This document shows positions 10,145 through 18,602 of a stretch of DNA of 36,332 nucleotides, in pieces. The DNA comes from a virus. Its lineage: Duplodnaviria > Heunggongvirae > Uroviricota > Caudoviricetes. Each line of letters starts with the position of its first letter. Within the stretch, counting starts at the first letter, position 1. Position numbers and translations under genes: made by a program. Where the stretch lies: the IMG/VR virus record IMGVR_UViG_2721755676_000006; one strand, written 5' to 3'. The notes below the pieces were generated by a model. That model saw only the letters and a program-made list of their open reading frames with translations, searched no databases and was not told the DNA's origin.

Positions 10145-10711
10145 TCAGGGGGATTCATTGCTCTTATTTGCCGGAAATTTTCTATAAATGGTAGAAACGC
10201 CTACATCAAAAATCAGTGCAATACGCTGTCTTGATTCTCCGGCCTCGAGTAAACGTCCAATCTGTGCCCACTGTTCAGTGGTCAACTTAGGACGGCGTCC
10301 ACCTACTCTGCCTTTGGCACGAGCTGCAGCCAGCCCTGCCCTGGTACGTTCAACTATCAGTTCGCGTTCCATTTCAGCCAGGGCCCCCATGACATGAAAA
10401 AAGAAACGGCCCATTGGGGTGCTGGTATCAATACTGTCAGTCAGGCTTCGGAAATTCACGCCACGCTGACGCAACTCTTCTATCAGCGTAACAAGATGCC
10501 GCATACTGCGCCCCAACCTGTCTAGCTTCCAGACAACCAGCGTGTCTCCTGCCGATAGTGTCCTGAGCAGTTTTTTCAGCCCCGGTCTGTCGGACTTAGT
10601 GCCACTGATTTTATCCTCAAAAATCCGCTCACATCCCGCGCAGTTCAGTGCATTACGTTGCAAATCGGTGTTCTGGTCATTTGTTGACACGCGTACATAG
10701 CCAATAAGCAT
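10145..10711 (-). CDS. serine DNA invertase (Hin/Gin/Pin/Cin family)
   Basis: 188-aa ORF with N-terminal resolvase catalytic motif (YVRVSTNDQ), C-terminal HTH (GVSTIYRKF); adjacent to the tail-fibre genes. Confidence 0.9.
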   Translation of the reverse strand: MLIGYVRVSTNDQNTDLQRNALNCAGCERIFEDKISGTKSDRPGLKKLLRTLSAGDTLVVWKLDRLGRSMRHLVTLIEELRQRGVNFRSLTDSIDTSTPMGRFFFHVMGALAEMERELIVERTRAGLAAARAKGRVGGRRPKLTTEQWAQIGRLLEAGESRQRIALIFDVGVSTIYRKFPANKSNESP

Positions 10712-10766
10712 GATTATCCCCCTGACTAAAAACCGGGGATGATGCCAGTTAGCTGTTACCTCTGCA

Positions 10767-10792
10767 TTTTCTTAAACGTTGGTTTGGGAGAA
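10767..10792. repeat. invertase crossover site B (26 bp, two 12-bp half-sites around a 2-bp core)
   Basis: TTTTCTTAAACG-TT-GGTTTGGGAGAA; the 14 bp 10779-10792 are an exact inverted copy of 12363-12376. Confidence 0.7.
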
Positions 10793-11122
10793 GCCAGATA
10801 TATCATTCAGCGAGGAGCTAATGCCAATGGTGCATGGATTCGCTGGTCAGATGGTGCAATAGAAGTCTTTGGAACGGGTGGGTCTAATGATAATGGACTG
10901 GCTAAAGTCGTTTACCCAATTGCACTGCCTAAACTTTCACGTTTTATCAGTATCGCGGAAAGAATAAGAACAGATTACGAGAGCACACCTAATAATGTTC
11001 ACGTTTCAATGATCGTGGATGATCAGGTAACAAATACCGGTTTTTATGCCCGCTGCCAGATGTACGACGGCAGACCATCATCAAATGCTTTTTCCTGGAG
11101 GGTTTATTGTGCGCCTGTTTAA
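10781..11122 (+). CDS. alternative tail-fibre C-terminal exon (no own start; fused in-frame to the H N-terminus after inversion)
   Basis: Reading frame runs in-frame through site B (..VGLGEARYI..) for about 109 codons to TAA at 11120-11122; the H frame across site A reads ..TYLGLGEG.. Confidence 0.6.
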   Translation, partial: GLGEARYIIQRGANANGAWIRWSDGAIEVFGTGGSNDNGLAKVVYPIALPKLSRFISIAERIRTDYESTPNNVHVSMIVDDQVTNTGFYARCQMYDGRPSSNAFSWRVYCAPV

Positions 11123-11306
11123 TCCAGTTACTTTGACTGAAGTAATCCCCGGTCTTCATGATGTGACCGGGGCTATTGAATTACCGGAGGACAACTGGTT
11201 TTTTACTATGACAGAAATTCCTCAGGGCATGGAGCTAACAATTAATGAGAAAGGGGAACCAATATTGATTGAGGTTAATCAGTCTCAGGGAAAGCAGGCC
11301 AAATAA
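11109..11306 (+). CDS. short alternative tail-fibre assembly protein candidate (tfa', about 65 aa, GTG start)
   Basis: GTG at 11109 preceded by GGAGG; overlaps the end of the alternative exon by 14 nt and the 3' end of minus-strand tfa by 32 nt; unusually short. Confidence 0.35.
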   Translation: MRLFNPVTLTEVIPGLHDVTGAIELPEDNWFFTMTEIPQGMELTINEKGEPILIEVNQSQGKQAK

Positions 11307-11880
11307 TATCAGGCGCGGTGCTGGTATCTGTTGCCGTCACCGCGTCAATGTAATCCAGCACGGCGTTAAGCCGGGTTGTTTCTGCCTGCATCAGCTTCCG
11401 TCCGGCCTGTAATTTCAGCTGAATCAGACTGATGGAAGCCATTGCAGCATCAATCAGTGACTGACGCTGTGCTTCTGCCGTGTCTACTGCGGCGCTATGC
11501 TGTGCCTCAGTATCGGTCACCCATTTCTCACCATCCCATTTATCGTATGGTGTTAACGGGGCGATAGTTGTGGTATTTTCAGGGTAATCACCCGGAGCTG
11601 TGATTTCTTTTGACTCTCCCGTTTTGGTGCTATAGACGATTTCACCGCGATGGTCTGGCACATATTCCCATGAGTTAAAATTTGCAGAACGACAGATAGC
11701 ATAACCCACCTTATATGTGCCAGGGGCATCTAAACAGGAATATGCAGGAATACCGACACCAATGGCAAGATATTCAGTTGAAGCTGAAATATATTCCTGC
11801 GTCTCACTATCATAGTTATAAACGGTAATATCCCCCGACTTTGTAGCAATAAGCTCACTATTTAATATTGCTTTATCCAT
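11275..11880 (-). CDS. G: tail-fibre assembly protein (Tfa, P2 gpG / lambda Tfa family)
   Basis: 201-aa ORF ending ..DTSTAPDIIWPAFPETD, the conserved Tfa C-terminal signature; start overlaps H stop (TAATG). Confidence 0.85.
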   Translation of the reverse strand: MDKAILNSELIATKSGDITVYNYDSETQEYISASTEYLAIGVGIPAYSCLDAPGTYKVGYAICRSANFNSWEYVPDHRGEIVYSTKTGESKEITAPGDYPENTTTIAPLTPYDKWDGEKWVTDTEAQHSAAVDTAEAQRQSLIDAAMASISLIQLKLQAGRKLMQAETTRLNAVLDYIDAVTATDTSTAPDIIWPAFPETD

Positions 11881-13424
11881 TATGCTGCTCTCACGATATA
11901 GTTAAATGCAATGTTTCGAGGGCGATTCTCTGATGCTGTTGGTACAACCCTGGATGCATCAAAACTGAATCCTGTGTAAGGGGTATTTTTTGTTTCATAT
12001 GTGCCTAGGTTATTATAGATATTTCGCGTAGCTTGAGATGCTAAGGCAAAAGCACCAGTACCAGTCTGTAACCTGAAAGTTGCTGAATCAATGGTGCCTT
12101 TAACTTCATTTATAAAGCCTGTTATATTCCGAATGGTATCTCCCTGTGACGAAAGCAAGCTACGGTTAGTATCAATCCCTCTTCCATCATCCCAGCCACG
12201 AATAAACTCACCGCGTAAATCAGGCAATTTATTTGTCGGGTAAACCTTTGCCAGTTCCGGGTATTCTTCAGCAGAAAAAGCCGCCCCGTTGCATTTCAGC
12301 CAGCCTGTTGGCGGAGTGGCGGAAGGCCACGGAACAGGCACGCCAACGGGTAATGCCGAACCTTCTCCCAAACCAAGGTATGTGAGAAGACCAGCTACAT
12401 CCTTTCCACTCAAATTAGTCAGCGTATTGTCCAGCGGTTGTTTACCTGCCAGCGCATTAAGCATTGTCGTGGCAAAGTTCGGATCATTCCCCAGTGCCGC
12501 CGCCAGTTCGTTCAGTGTATCCAGTGCCGCAGGTGCAGAACCCACCATTCCTGCAATCGCCGATTTCACAAAAGCCGTAGTGGCAATCTGTGTATTATTG
12601 ACCGACTGCGCCGCCGTAGGGGCTGTTGGCGTTCCGGTGAGTGCCGGACTCGACAGCGGCGCTTTCAGTGCCAGCGCATTGTTAATGGTGGTACTGAATT
12701 TCGGATCATTGTTAATGGCTACGGCTATTTCTTTCAGCGTGTCCAGCGTGGCTGGCGCACCATTAATAAGAGCCGTCAGTGCCGCCTGAACAAATGCGGT
12801 GGTCGCAAGCTGCGTGGTATTATTCCCCGCCGCTGGCGTTGGCGCTTTGGGGGTTCCGGTAAACGTTGGACTTTCTTTGGGTGCATACTGTGAATGCGGG
12901 TCCGGCGCGGCAAGATGTTTTGCCATCAGGTCATCCACGTACACCTTCAGCTCCAGTGCCTTGTCATCCACATACTTGCGGGTTGCCAGCACTACAGCAG
13001 GGTCGATTTTCAGGGTGATATTGTCCGTGCTGCTGGTAATCAGCACCATGCGCACGGTCTGGGTACGCCCGCTGCCTTCAGCCAGTTGCGGCTTATAGCT
13101 TTCCGGGCAGTTGCCCACGGCAATCAATGCCCCGGACTCATCAAACAGGCCCACTTCACGTATCCACCAACCGCCCTCGTTTTCAGGGATCACCTGTTCG
13201 GCAATAATCTGGCTGCTGTTCTGCGGGTCGATATAGAGCATATTCAGCGCAGCCCGGCGTTTCTCATTTACCAATGCTGTCTGCTTTGCGTCCGGCGTTG
13301 GCAATGTTCCGCCGCCATCGCCGACCGCCATATGGGTAATTTTTAAAGGCACACCGAGCGCGGCGGCGCTGGCAAGTTTCGCCGCGCCAATATCCGTCAG
13401 CAGGGTATAAAATTTTGTGCTCAT
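11880..13424 (-). CDS. H: tail fibre protein (current orientation)
   Basis: 514-aa ORF with conserved N-terminal attachment region and variable C-terminus; crossover site A lies at about codon 350. Confidence 0.9.
   Translation of the reverse strand: MSTKFYTLLTDIGAAKLASAAALGVPLKITHMAVGDGGGTLPTPDAKQTALVNEKRRAALNMLYIDPQNSSQIIAEQVIPENEGGWWIREVGLFDESGALIAVGNCPESYKPQLAEGSGRTQTVRMVLITSSTDNITLKIDPAVVLATRKYVDDKALELKVYVDDLMAKHLAAPDPHSQYAPKESPTFTGTPKAPTPAAGNNTTQLATTAFVQAALTALINGAPATLDTLKEIAVAINNDPKFSTTINNALALKAPLSSPALTGTPTAPTAAQSVNNTQIATTAFVKSAIAGMVGSAPAALDTLNELAAALGNDPNFATTMLNALAGKQPLDNTLTNLSGKDVAGLLTYLGLGEGSALPVGVPVPWPSATPPTGWLKCNGAAFSAEEYPELAKVYPTNKLPDLRGEFIRGWDDGRGIDTNRSLLSSQGDTIRNITGFINEVKGTIDSATFRLQTGTGAFALASQATRNIYNNLGTYETKNTPYTGFSFDASRVVPTASENRPRNIAFNYIVRAA
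12363..12388. repeat. invertase crossover site A inside gene H
   Basis: TTCTCCCAAACC-AA-GGTATGTGAGAA, an imperfect palindrome; first 14 bp identical to the reverse complement of site B. Confidence 0.7.
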
Positions 13425-14026
13425 GGATTCACTCTCATTGTGTCAATAACATGGACCGCCCCGCCTTCATGCGCGGTGCCACCGGAAATAATTGTTTCGT
13501 TGATATACGGATAGATCGTGATTTCTTCGCCAAGATAGCTGGCGGCTCCCACCCAATGCGGGCCGCTGGTCTGCAGATTGATGGACATGCCGATCATGTG
13601 ACGGCTACATGGTTTGGCATCGCTTATCAGTCGCTCAAGTTCCAGATAGGTATCTTCAGTGATGCCCTGGTCCTGCACGCCGATATCCAGGCGAAACGTG
13701 CCCGGTGCCTCTCCGGTCTGCCACCACTCAATAATGCGGATCAGAAAGCCGAACGGCTCCACCACCCGCCGCACGGCACTGGTGGTCCCTTTATGCTGAT
13801 GAATATAAAAAGCATCCTTCACCACCTGGCGCTTGACGCTTTCTGTCCAGCCCTCGTCCCAGCGATCCACAGAGAACGCCCAGGCGAGATAAGGCAGGAA
13901 ACTGACCGGACAGGTTGCCGGATTCCACAAGTCACGAAGCGGCACCTGCAGATCAGAAATCCCGCTGCAGGTTTGCGCCAGTCGGCGCTCCAGTGGTGTT
14001 GAACCCGGTGGCAGCAGACTATTCAT
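13421..14026 (-). CDS. I: baseplate protein I
   Basis: 201-aa ORF starting MNSLLPPGSTPLERRL, P2 gpI-like; stop overlaps H start. Confidence 0.85.
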   Translation of the reverse strand: MNSLLPPGSTPLERRLAQTCSGISDLQVPLRDLWNPATCPVSFLPYLAWAFSVDRWDEGWTESVKRQVVKDAFYIHQHKGTTSAVRRVVEPFGFLIRIIEWWQTGEAPGTFRLDIGVQDQGITEDTYLELERLISDAKPCSRHMIGMSINLQTSGPHWVGAASYLGEEITIYPYINETIISGGTAHEGGAVHVIDTMRVNP

Positions 14027-14927
14027 CCGTTCCTCCGTTGGTTACGCTCCACTGCGTACATGATGCCGCCTGTGTTTTGTTCAGGACCACATCCGCCAGA
14101 GGAGAAGCCAGCTCCACACGCTGCACACCCTCAACATGCAGGGCGGCAAAGATGGCGCTACGGCGAATATCCCGACCAAGACGCGTCTGACTGGCGATGT
14201 ACTTCTGCAGGCTGGCTTTTGCCGCTGCCATTACCGGCTCTGCTTCCGGTCCCGGATAGAGAAAAATGGTGGCTTCCACGCGATACGGGATGATTTCTGC
14301 GCTGCGAACCGTAAGACGGTCAGCCACCGGGCGAACGTTCTCACTGTTCAGAGCTTTTTCCACCACGTCCAGCAGGTCTTTTTCTGCAGTTCCATCGCCT
14401 TCGCGGCTAAGGACAGTCAGTACCACCTCTGCAGGTGCCGGGCTGGTTGCACTGGCATCCGCCACCCGACCGTCGGCACTTCGGGCATGAAATTCATAAG
14501 CTGCAGTTGGCCCCGCAACTGAAAGCCCTTCAAAGGCTGCAGGCACACGCAGGCGTAACGCTTCATCGCTTTCCATCACAGCTGCAACGGGCGGCACAGC
14601 GTCATTATCAGCAGGCGTCACCGTCAGGCGTTTCACGTTGTAGTTGGCAGCGAGCTGGTCAAGATCGCTGCCCATCGCGTAAGCCACCATCACAGCCTGC
14701 GCGGCTTCGTTAATGCGCTGGCGCAGAAGCAACTCACGGTAAGCGTTCTCCTGCAGCAATTTGGTGACGGGTTCAGATTCCAGTTCCAGCGTGCGGATCA
14801 CTGCTTCCTGCTCATCTTTCGGATGAAGCGCAACAAATTCGGCCTTGCGTTCGGCAAGCAGCGTCTCAAAGTCCGGCACATCCACAATCTGCGGCGCAGG
14901 CAACTGCGAAAGGTCAATCACTGCCAT
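14019..14927 (-). CDS. J: baseplate assembly protein J
   Basis: 302 aa from ATG at 14927 (MAVIDLSQLPAP..), P2 gpJ-like; ORF track start 14966 trimmed. Confidence 0.85.
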   Translation of the reverse strand: MAVIDLSQLPAPQIVDVPDFETLLAERKAEFVALHPKDEQEAVIRTLELESEPVTKLLQENAYRELLLRQRINEAAQAVMVAYAMGSDLDQLAANYNVKRLTVTPADNDAVPPVAAVMESDEALRLRVPAAFEGLSVAGPTAAYEFHARSADGRVADASATSPAPAEVVLTVLSREGDGTAEKDLLDVVEKALNSENVRPVADRLTVRSAEIIPYRVEATIFLYPGPEAEPVMAAAKASLQKYIASQTRLGRDIRRSAIFAALHVEGVQRVELASPLADVVLNKTQAASCTQWSVTNGGTDE

Positions 14928-15273
14928 TCTCTGCTCCTGTTGATACGGAAAGGGAAACAGGCACACCGTTATTACGCCGCCCGCTCAGCTCCACCACCAT
15001 TGAACCGTCAAAATGGCTGTTGATGGTGATGGAATCCAGCGTCAGCCGTGGCTCCCAGCGACTCAGCGCCACATACACTGCCGACATGACCTGCAGGCGT
15101 AACGCCGGATTTTGTGGCTGGTCTATCAGTGCCGACAGCAGGGAACCATATTCACGGCGAGCAATGCGGCTACCCTGCGGCGTCAGCAGAATGTCCCGCA
15201 CCGACTGGCGCAGATGGTCAATATCAGCAATGGCTTTGCCGCTGGTATTGTTCATCCCGCTATAAAGCGTCAT
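14914..15273 (-). CDS. W: baseplate wedge protein W (gp25-like)
   Basis: 119-aa ORF, P2 gpW-like (..GSRIARREYGSLL..). Confidence 0.85.
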   Translation of the reverse strand: MTLYSGMNNTSGKAIADIDHLRQSVRDILLTPQGSRIARREYGSLLSALIDQPQNPALRLQVMSAVYVALSRWEPRLTLDSITINSHFDGSMVVELSGRRNNGVPVSLSVSTGAENGSD

Positions 15274-15848
15274 ACCGGGCCTCCGGTTGTGTCGCCGCCT
15301 TTCAGAACGCCAGTATGCTGATGCGCATCAACCACGATCCCGTTAGAACTCATCGCTCCGCCGCCCTGGGTAACGCCACCATTGATCACCACTTCGCTGT
15401 TAATACGCGTGCGGTCAGCCTCCAGTACAAACTCACTGGTTTTCATGGTGATGTTGTCAGCGGCCTCAATGACCATTGATTTGATGCCCCTGACATACCA
15501 GCGCCCGGTGGCGGGTTCGTATTCAAACCAGCCACCGTCAGGATGTTCTGTCACGCAGGCGTCCGCCGACGTCGACGGTGGTGCGAACTGATTCGAATAG
15601 ACAGCGGGCAGCGCAAAGGCGGTTTCCAGATTGCCGCCCAGACTCAGCAGCACCACCTGCTCACCTTCCGATGGTCGCCACCATGTGCGGGCATTCCCGG
15701 CACGCAGCGTCAGCCAGCTAATCCAGTTGGTTTCAAGCTCGCCCGTTTTCACCCGGCAAAGCCAGTTTTCCCTGTCCACTTCGGTGACTACCCCTGTGCG
15801 AATCAGGTTGGTGATAAGGCGCATGATTTCGGTTAATTGTGCGTTCAT
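15270..15848 (-). CDS. V: baseplate spike/hub protein V
   Basis: 192-aa ORF, P2 gpV-like; first gene of the V-W-J-I-H-G operon. Confidence 0.85.
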   Translation of the reverse strand: MNAQLTEIMRLITNLIRTGVVTEVDRENWLCRVKTGELETNWISWLTLRAGNARTWWRPSEGEQVVLLSLGGNLETAFALPAVYSNQFAPPSTSADACVTEHPDGGWFEYEPATGRWYVRGIKSMVIEAADNITMKTSEFVLEADRTRINSEVVINGGVTQGGGAMSSNGIVVDAHQHTGVLKGGDTTGGPV

Positions 15849-15893
15849 AGGGAAAGGTTGCCATCAGGGGAAGAAAGGCGGCAGTGCTGCAAC

Positions 15894-15913
15894 TTGTATC
15901 AGTGCTGATACAA
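15894..15913. promoter_or_regulatory. candidate Ogr-dependent late promoter dyad upstream of V
   Basis: Perfect palindrome TTGTATCAGTGCTGATACAA in the S-V intergenic gap. Confidence 0.4.
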
Positions 15914-15916
15914 AGA

Positions 15917-16363
15917 TCACCCTGCCAGCCATTGCAGAATCATGTCGCGGGTCATTGCCTCAACATCATCATTTACACCCAGCAGGCGGCGCTCTGCGTA
16001 ACGGACCTCCAGTCCTTTGCGACTGACGCGATCACGCAGGCCGTAATGGTGAACACGGGCAATACGCTGCACCTTACCTTCAAACTGTACGCTGGCAGAG
16101 TCGGCGCTGGCGGCAGTTTTCAGGTATTTTGTGGTGCGCAGCTTTGCAAACATCTGACGTTTGATGCGCCCCTTCTTGCTGCGTGCTGTTACCCTGCGCG
16201 GTTCATAACTACTGCCATCTGGATTGCGCTGCATCCTGATATTCTGCTGCTGTGTCCGGCGCAGTTCCTGCGCCAGCTGGCGCATCATGCGGCTTCTCGT
16301 GGCTGGTTCCAGATTCGCCAGCAAGGCACTCAGCCAGTCGTCCACCTTCTGCAGTTCAGCCAC
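15917..16363 (-). CDS. S: tail completion protein S
   Basis: 148-aa ORF, P2 gpS position and size; GTG start. Confidence 0.75.
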   Translation of the reverse strand: MAELQKVDDWLSALLANLEPATRSRMMRQLAQELRRTQQQNIRMQRNPDGSSYEPRRVTARSKKGRIKRQMFAKLRTTKYLKTAASADSASVQFEGKVQRIARVHHYGLRDRVSRKGLEVRYAERRLLGVNDDVEAMTRDMILQWLAG

Positions 16364-16787
16364 GTTTCACCGTCCACATTTCTTCAGGTGCATCAGGTTC
16401 CGCTATACCTTCAACGCTCGACACACTGCCGTCAGTGCTGACCAGCACACGCTCCGTCAGTTGCAGGTTCAGGCTGATATCACAGACATCGTTGCGCAGA
16501 ATATCCACCTCAAAGGTGAATAGCTTTTCCCGTAACGCCGGGTTATTGATGGCATCGGGCTGGTTATCCCTCAGCCACAGCAAAACCGGGGCCATCAGCA
16601 GATTCTGGTCGCCGCTGAAATCCTCAATCACCACGTTGAGGGTGTAACGGTACTCCCATGACATGGAGCTGGCCCCCGTGGCAACCAGCGAACCGTTATC
16701 CACAAACAGATGCAGTTTGTCCGGGTTATTGCGGACATAAGGCACCGCTTTATTGAGAGCGTGGCGCAGGGATTGTGGTTTGTTCAC
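16356..16787 (-). CDS. R: tail completion protein R
   Basis: GTG at 16787 with AGGAG RBS; ..NKPQSLRHALNKAV.. matches the P2 gpR N-terminus; ORF track start 16808 is TTG. Confidence 0.75.
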   Translation of the reverse strand: MNKPQSLRHALNKAVPYVRNNPDKLHLFVDNGSLVATGASSMSWEYRYTLNVVIEDFSGDQNLLMAPVLLWLRDNQPDAINNPALREKLFTFEVDILRNDVCDISLNLQLTERVLVSTDGSVSSVEGIAEPDAPEEMWTVKRG

Positions 16788-17040
16788 TGTTTCGCTCCTG
16801 ACACGCAATAATCATGTCCACTTTGTCTGCACAGACCGCCCAGGCGGCCTCCGTTTCATCCAGCAACGCATTCAGATCACCGTTAGTGCGCGGCGCTGCC
16901 TGCTCCAGCCGACACGGCGTCACTCGCGGACAACCACTGACGGTAAGCTGCACCTCCGGTGAGTGCCGGACGTTCCCGCAGCCGGATAATGTCAGCAGGC
17001 AAAGGAGTATCAGCCCAGCGACGTAAATCCTCGTTCTCAC
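16750..17040 (-). CDS. lysC: o-spanin lipoprotein LysC, overlapping lysB in another frame
   Basis: 96-aa ORF with signal peptide and lipobox LTLSGC; overlaps the lysB 3' end and R 5' end as in P2. Confidence 0.6.
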   Translation of the reverse strand: MRTRIYVAGLILLCLLTLSGCGNVRHSPEVQLTVSGCPRVTPCRLEQAAPRTNGDLNALLDETEAAWAVCADKVDMIIACQERNSEQTTIPAPRSQ

Positions 17041-17311
17041 GTTTCAGTTCCTCAATCCGGCGTTGTCGTTGTCTCAGCAGTACACTGGTCTGTTCTGCTT
17101 CGGCATAGAGCCGCGCCTGCTCCCGGTTATTGGTTTCAGTCAGAATGGACAGGCTGATAAGCTGGCTGTTGCTCTTTGCCAGTGCCTGGCTTTTGCTCTG
17201 TAGCTCGTCTGCCTGCGTGCTGATGGTCTGGCTGGCATCAGCCAGCCGCCACGTCTGCCAGCCCAGCGCCGCCAGTAATAACGCCAGCACAACCAGCAGC
17301 AACCGGTTCAT
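16883..17311 (-). CDS. lysB: i-spanin LysB
   Basis: 142-aa ORF with N-terminal TM helix and coiled-coil periplasmic region; ATGA overlap with lysA. Confidence 0.7.
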   Translation of the reverse strand: MNRLLLVVLALLLAALGWQTWRLADASQTISTQADELQSKSQALAKSNSQLISLSILTETNNREQARLYAEAEQTSVLLRQRQRRIEELKRENEDLRRWADTPLPADIIRLRERPALTGGAAYRQWLSASDAVSAGAGSAAH

Positions 17312-17685
17312 GCTGCTACCTGTTGCGCCATCTGATTACGGGTGATCCAGAAAGCAATAACGGTCAGCAGATAAAAGACCAGGGTAATAGCCCACCCCGT
17401 CCAGGCGAGACTGACGACAATCAGCAATCGCATCACCCAGCTGATAAATACGTTTTCTTTTCGGGTAATTGTCTTCAGCAAAGATGCCCTCAACTCCTGC
17501 CAGAGCGGGCCATTCTTAATTAACGCAGCCAGTGCTACCGGAATTACCGCCCATGTCAGCAAACAGGCTATCCAAACGCCGGACGCTGCCAGTACCGGAA
17601 AAATCCCCTGCGGATACACCATTGCTTCGATTAACAGCGCCATCCATAACATCAGAAACAGCCCGCTGATTAATTTCTTTTTCAT
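17308..17685 (-). CDS. lysA: lysis regulatory membrane protein LysA
   Basis: 125 aa from ATG at 17685 (MKKKLISG..), multi-pass hydrophobic; ORF track start trimmed. Confidence 0.6.
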   Translation of the reverse strand: MKKKLISGLFLMLWMALLIEAMVYPQGIFPVLAASGVWIACLLTWAVIPVALAALIKNGPLWQELRASLLKTITRKENVFISWVMRLLIVVSLAWTGWAITLVFYLLTVIAFWITRNQMAQQVAA

Positions 17686-17686
17686 T

Positions 17687-18199
17687 TCAGTTTGCTCCCT
17701 GTAAGCACCAGGCCATCTCCCGCGCACGGCGGTTATCCAGCCCCTGATTAAACACACCTTTCACATAAACCCAGCGCGGCAACTGTCGGCACGCATCCGC
17801 CCAGCGCCGCTGATTGAGTAATTTCACCAGCGTGGAGCTGCAGGCATTACCTGCCCCCACGTTGAAGGCAAATGACACCACCGCGTCATACACTTTCTGC
17901 GGTGGCTGTTGCTTCACACACCTTTCCAGTGACCGCTCCACACGCAGCACGTTGGAGATAAGCCCTTCTGCTGCCTGTCGTTCCGTAATGGTTTTGCCGG
18001 GAATGACGCCCGACGTATTACCAATGCCGTCAGTCCATACACCCGCGCTGCACTGATACGGCTGCAGACGACAGCCTTCGTAATCGGCAATCAGTTTCAG
18101 TCCCTCCACGGAGGTGTGAAGCTGCTGAAAACCCGGCAGCGTGGCAGCAATAGCCAGCACGGCCCCGACAAGACAGCGTTTAACGATTGATGGATTCAT
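17687..18199 (-). CDS. K: endolysin, GH24 lysozyme with N-terminal SAR-like signal-anchor
   Basis: 170-aa ORF; E-x8-D-x5-T catalytic triad (EGCRLQPYQCSAGVWTDGIGNT); weakly hydrophobic Ala/Gly-rich N-terminus VGAVLAIAATLPGF. Confidence 0.85.
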   Translation of the reverse strand: MNPSIVKRCLVGAVLAIAATLPGFQQLHTSVEGLKLIADYEGCRLQPYQCSAGVWTDGIGNTSGVIPGKTITERQAAEGLISNVLRVERSLERCVKQQPPQKVYDAVVSFAFNVGAGNACSSTLVKLLNQRRWADACRQLPRWVYVKGVFNQGLDNRRAREMAWCLQGAN

Positions 18200-18395
18200 A
18201 GTCCTCCCGCGAGATCTGCCCGTCGCGCAGAAGCTGGTAGGCTTTGTGTTTGTAGTACCAGTTGATAGCCAGCATCAGCACACCAATCATCAGGCCGCCC
18301 AGCGTTGAGGCATCCTTGATGGACAAATCGCCCAGCCAGGCCAGCACAACGGCGATGCAGTACGTGATAAAGGCGCTGATTCGCTCAAGCGTCAT
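18180..18395 (-). CDS. holin (two-TM, pinholin-like)
   Basis: 71-aa ORF with two hydrophobic helices and charged C-terminus; sits between X and the endolysin. Confidence 0.6.
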   Translation of the reverse strand: MTLERISAFITYCIAVVLAWLGDLSIKDASTLGGLMIGVLMLAINWYYKHKAYQLLRDGQISREDYESINR

Positions 18396-18398
18396 AAT

Positions 18399-18602
18399 TC
18401 AGTCCCATAGCTGGACGGTCTGCACGGTGGTGGTTGTCGGAATGTCCGGCAGCTCCACCTGCAGTCCGTGAGGTAAAAAGGGGCCGTATTCGACAAGCCC
18501 CGGATTTGCCTTCAGTACCTGCTCCGTGACACCCTGCGTGCGCCCGTAATGACGCCAGCAAAGTGCATCCACCGTGTCATACTGATGCGCTCGCACTTTC
18601 AT
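18399..18602 (-). CDS. X: tail protein X (LysM-like)
   Basis: 67-aa ORF, P2 gpX size and position. Confidence 0.8.
   Translation of the reverse strand: MKVRAHQYDTVDALCWRHYGRTQGVTEQVLKANPGLVEYGPFLPHGLQVELPDIPTTTTVQTVQLWD

Larger units (their letters stand above)
10781..12374. other. invertible tail-fibre segment (host-range switch)
   Basis: Bounded by inverted crossover sites; carries the H C-terminal exon plus tfa in one orientation and an alternative C-terminal exon plus short tfa' in the other. Confidence 0.7.

Noticed and set aside
10739-10780. ATG at 10739 as the start of the plus-strand alternative tail-fibre ORF
   Set aside because: These 14 codons lie outside the invertible segment and would never be joined to it; the ORF is better read as a promoterless exon beginning at crossover site B
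12289-13346. Several plus-strand ORFs inside tail-fibre gene H, including a Cys/Arg-rich 151-aa ORF at 12438-12893
   Set aside because: Antisense to H; composition artefacts of the repetitive Ala/Thr-rich fibre sequence
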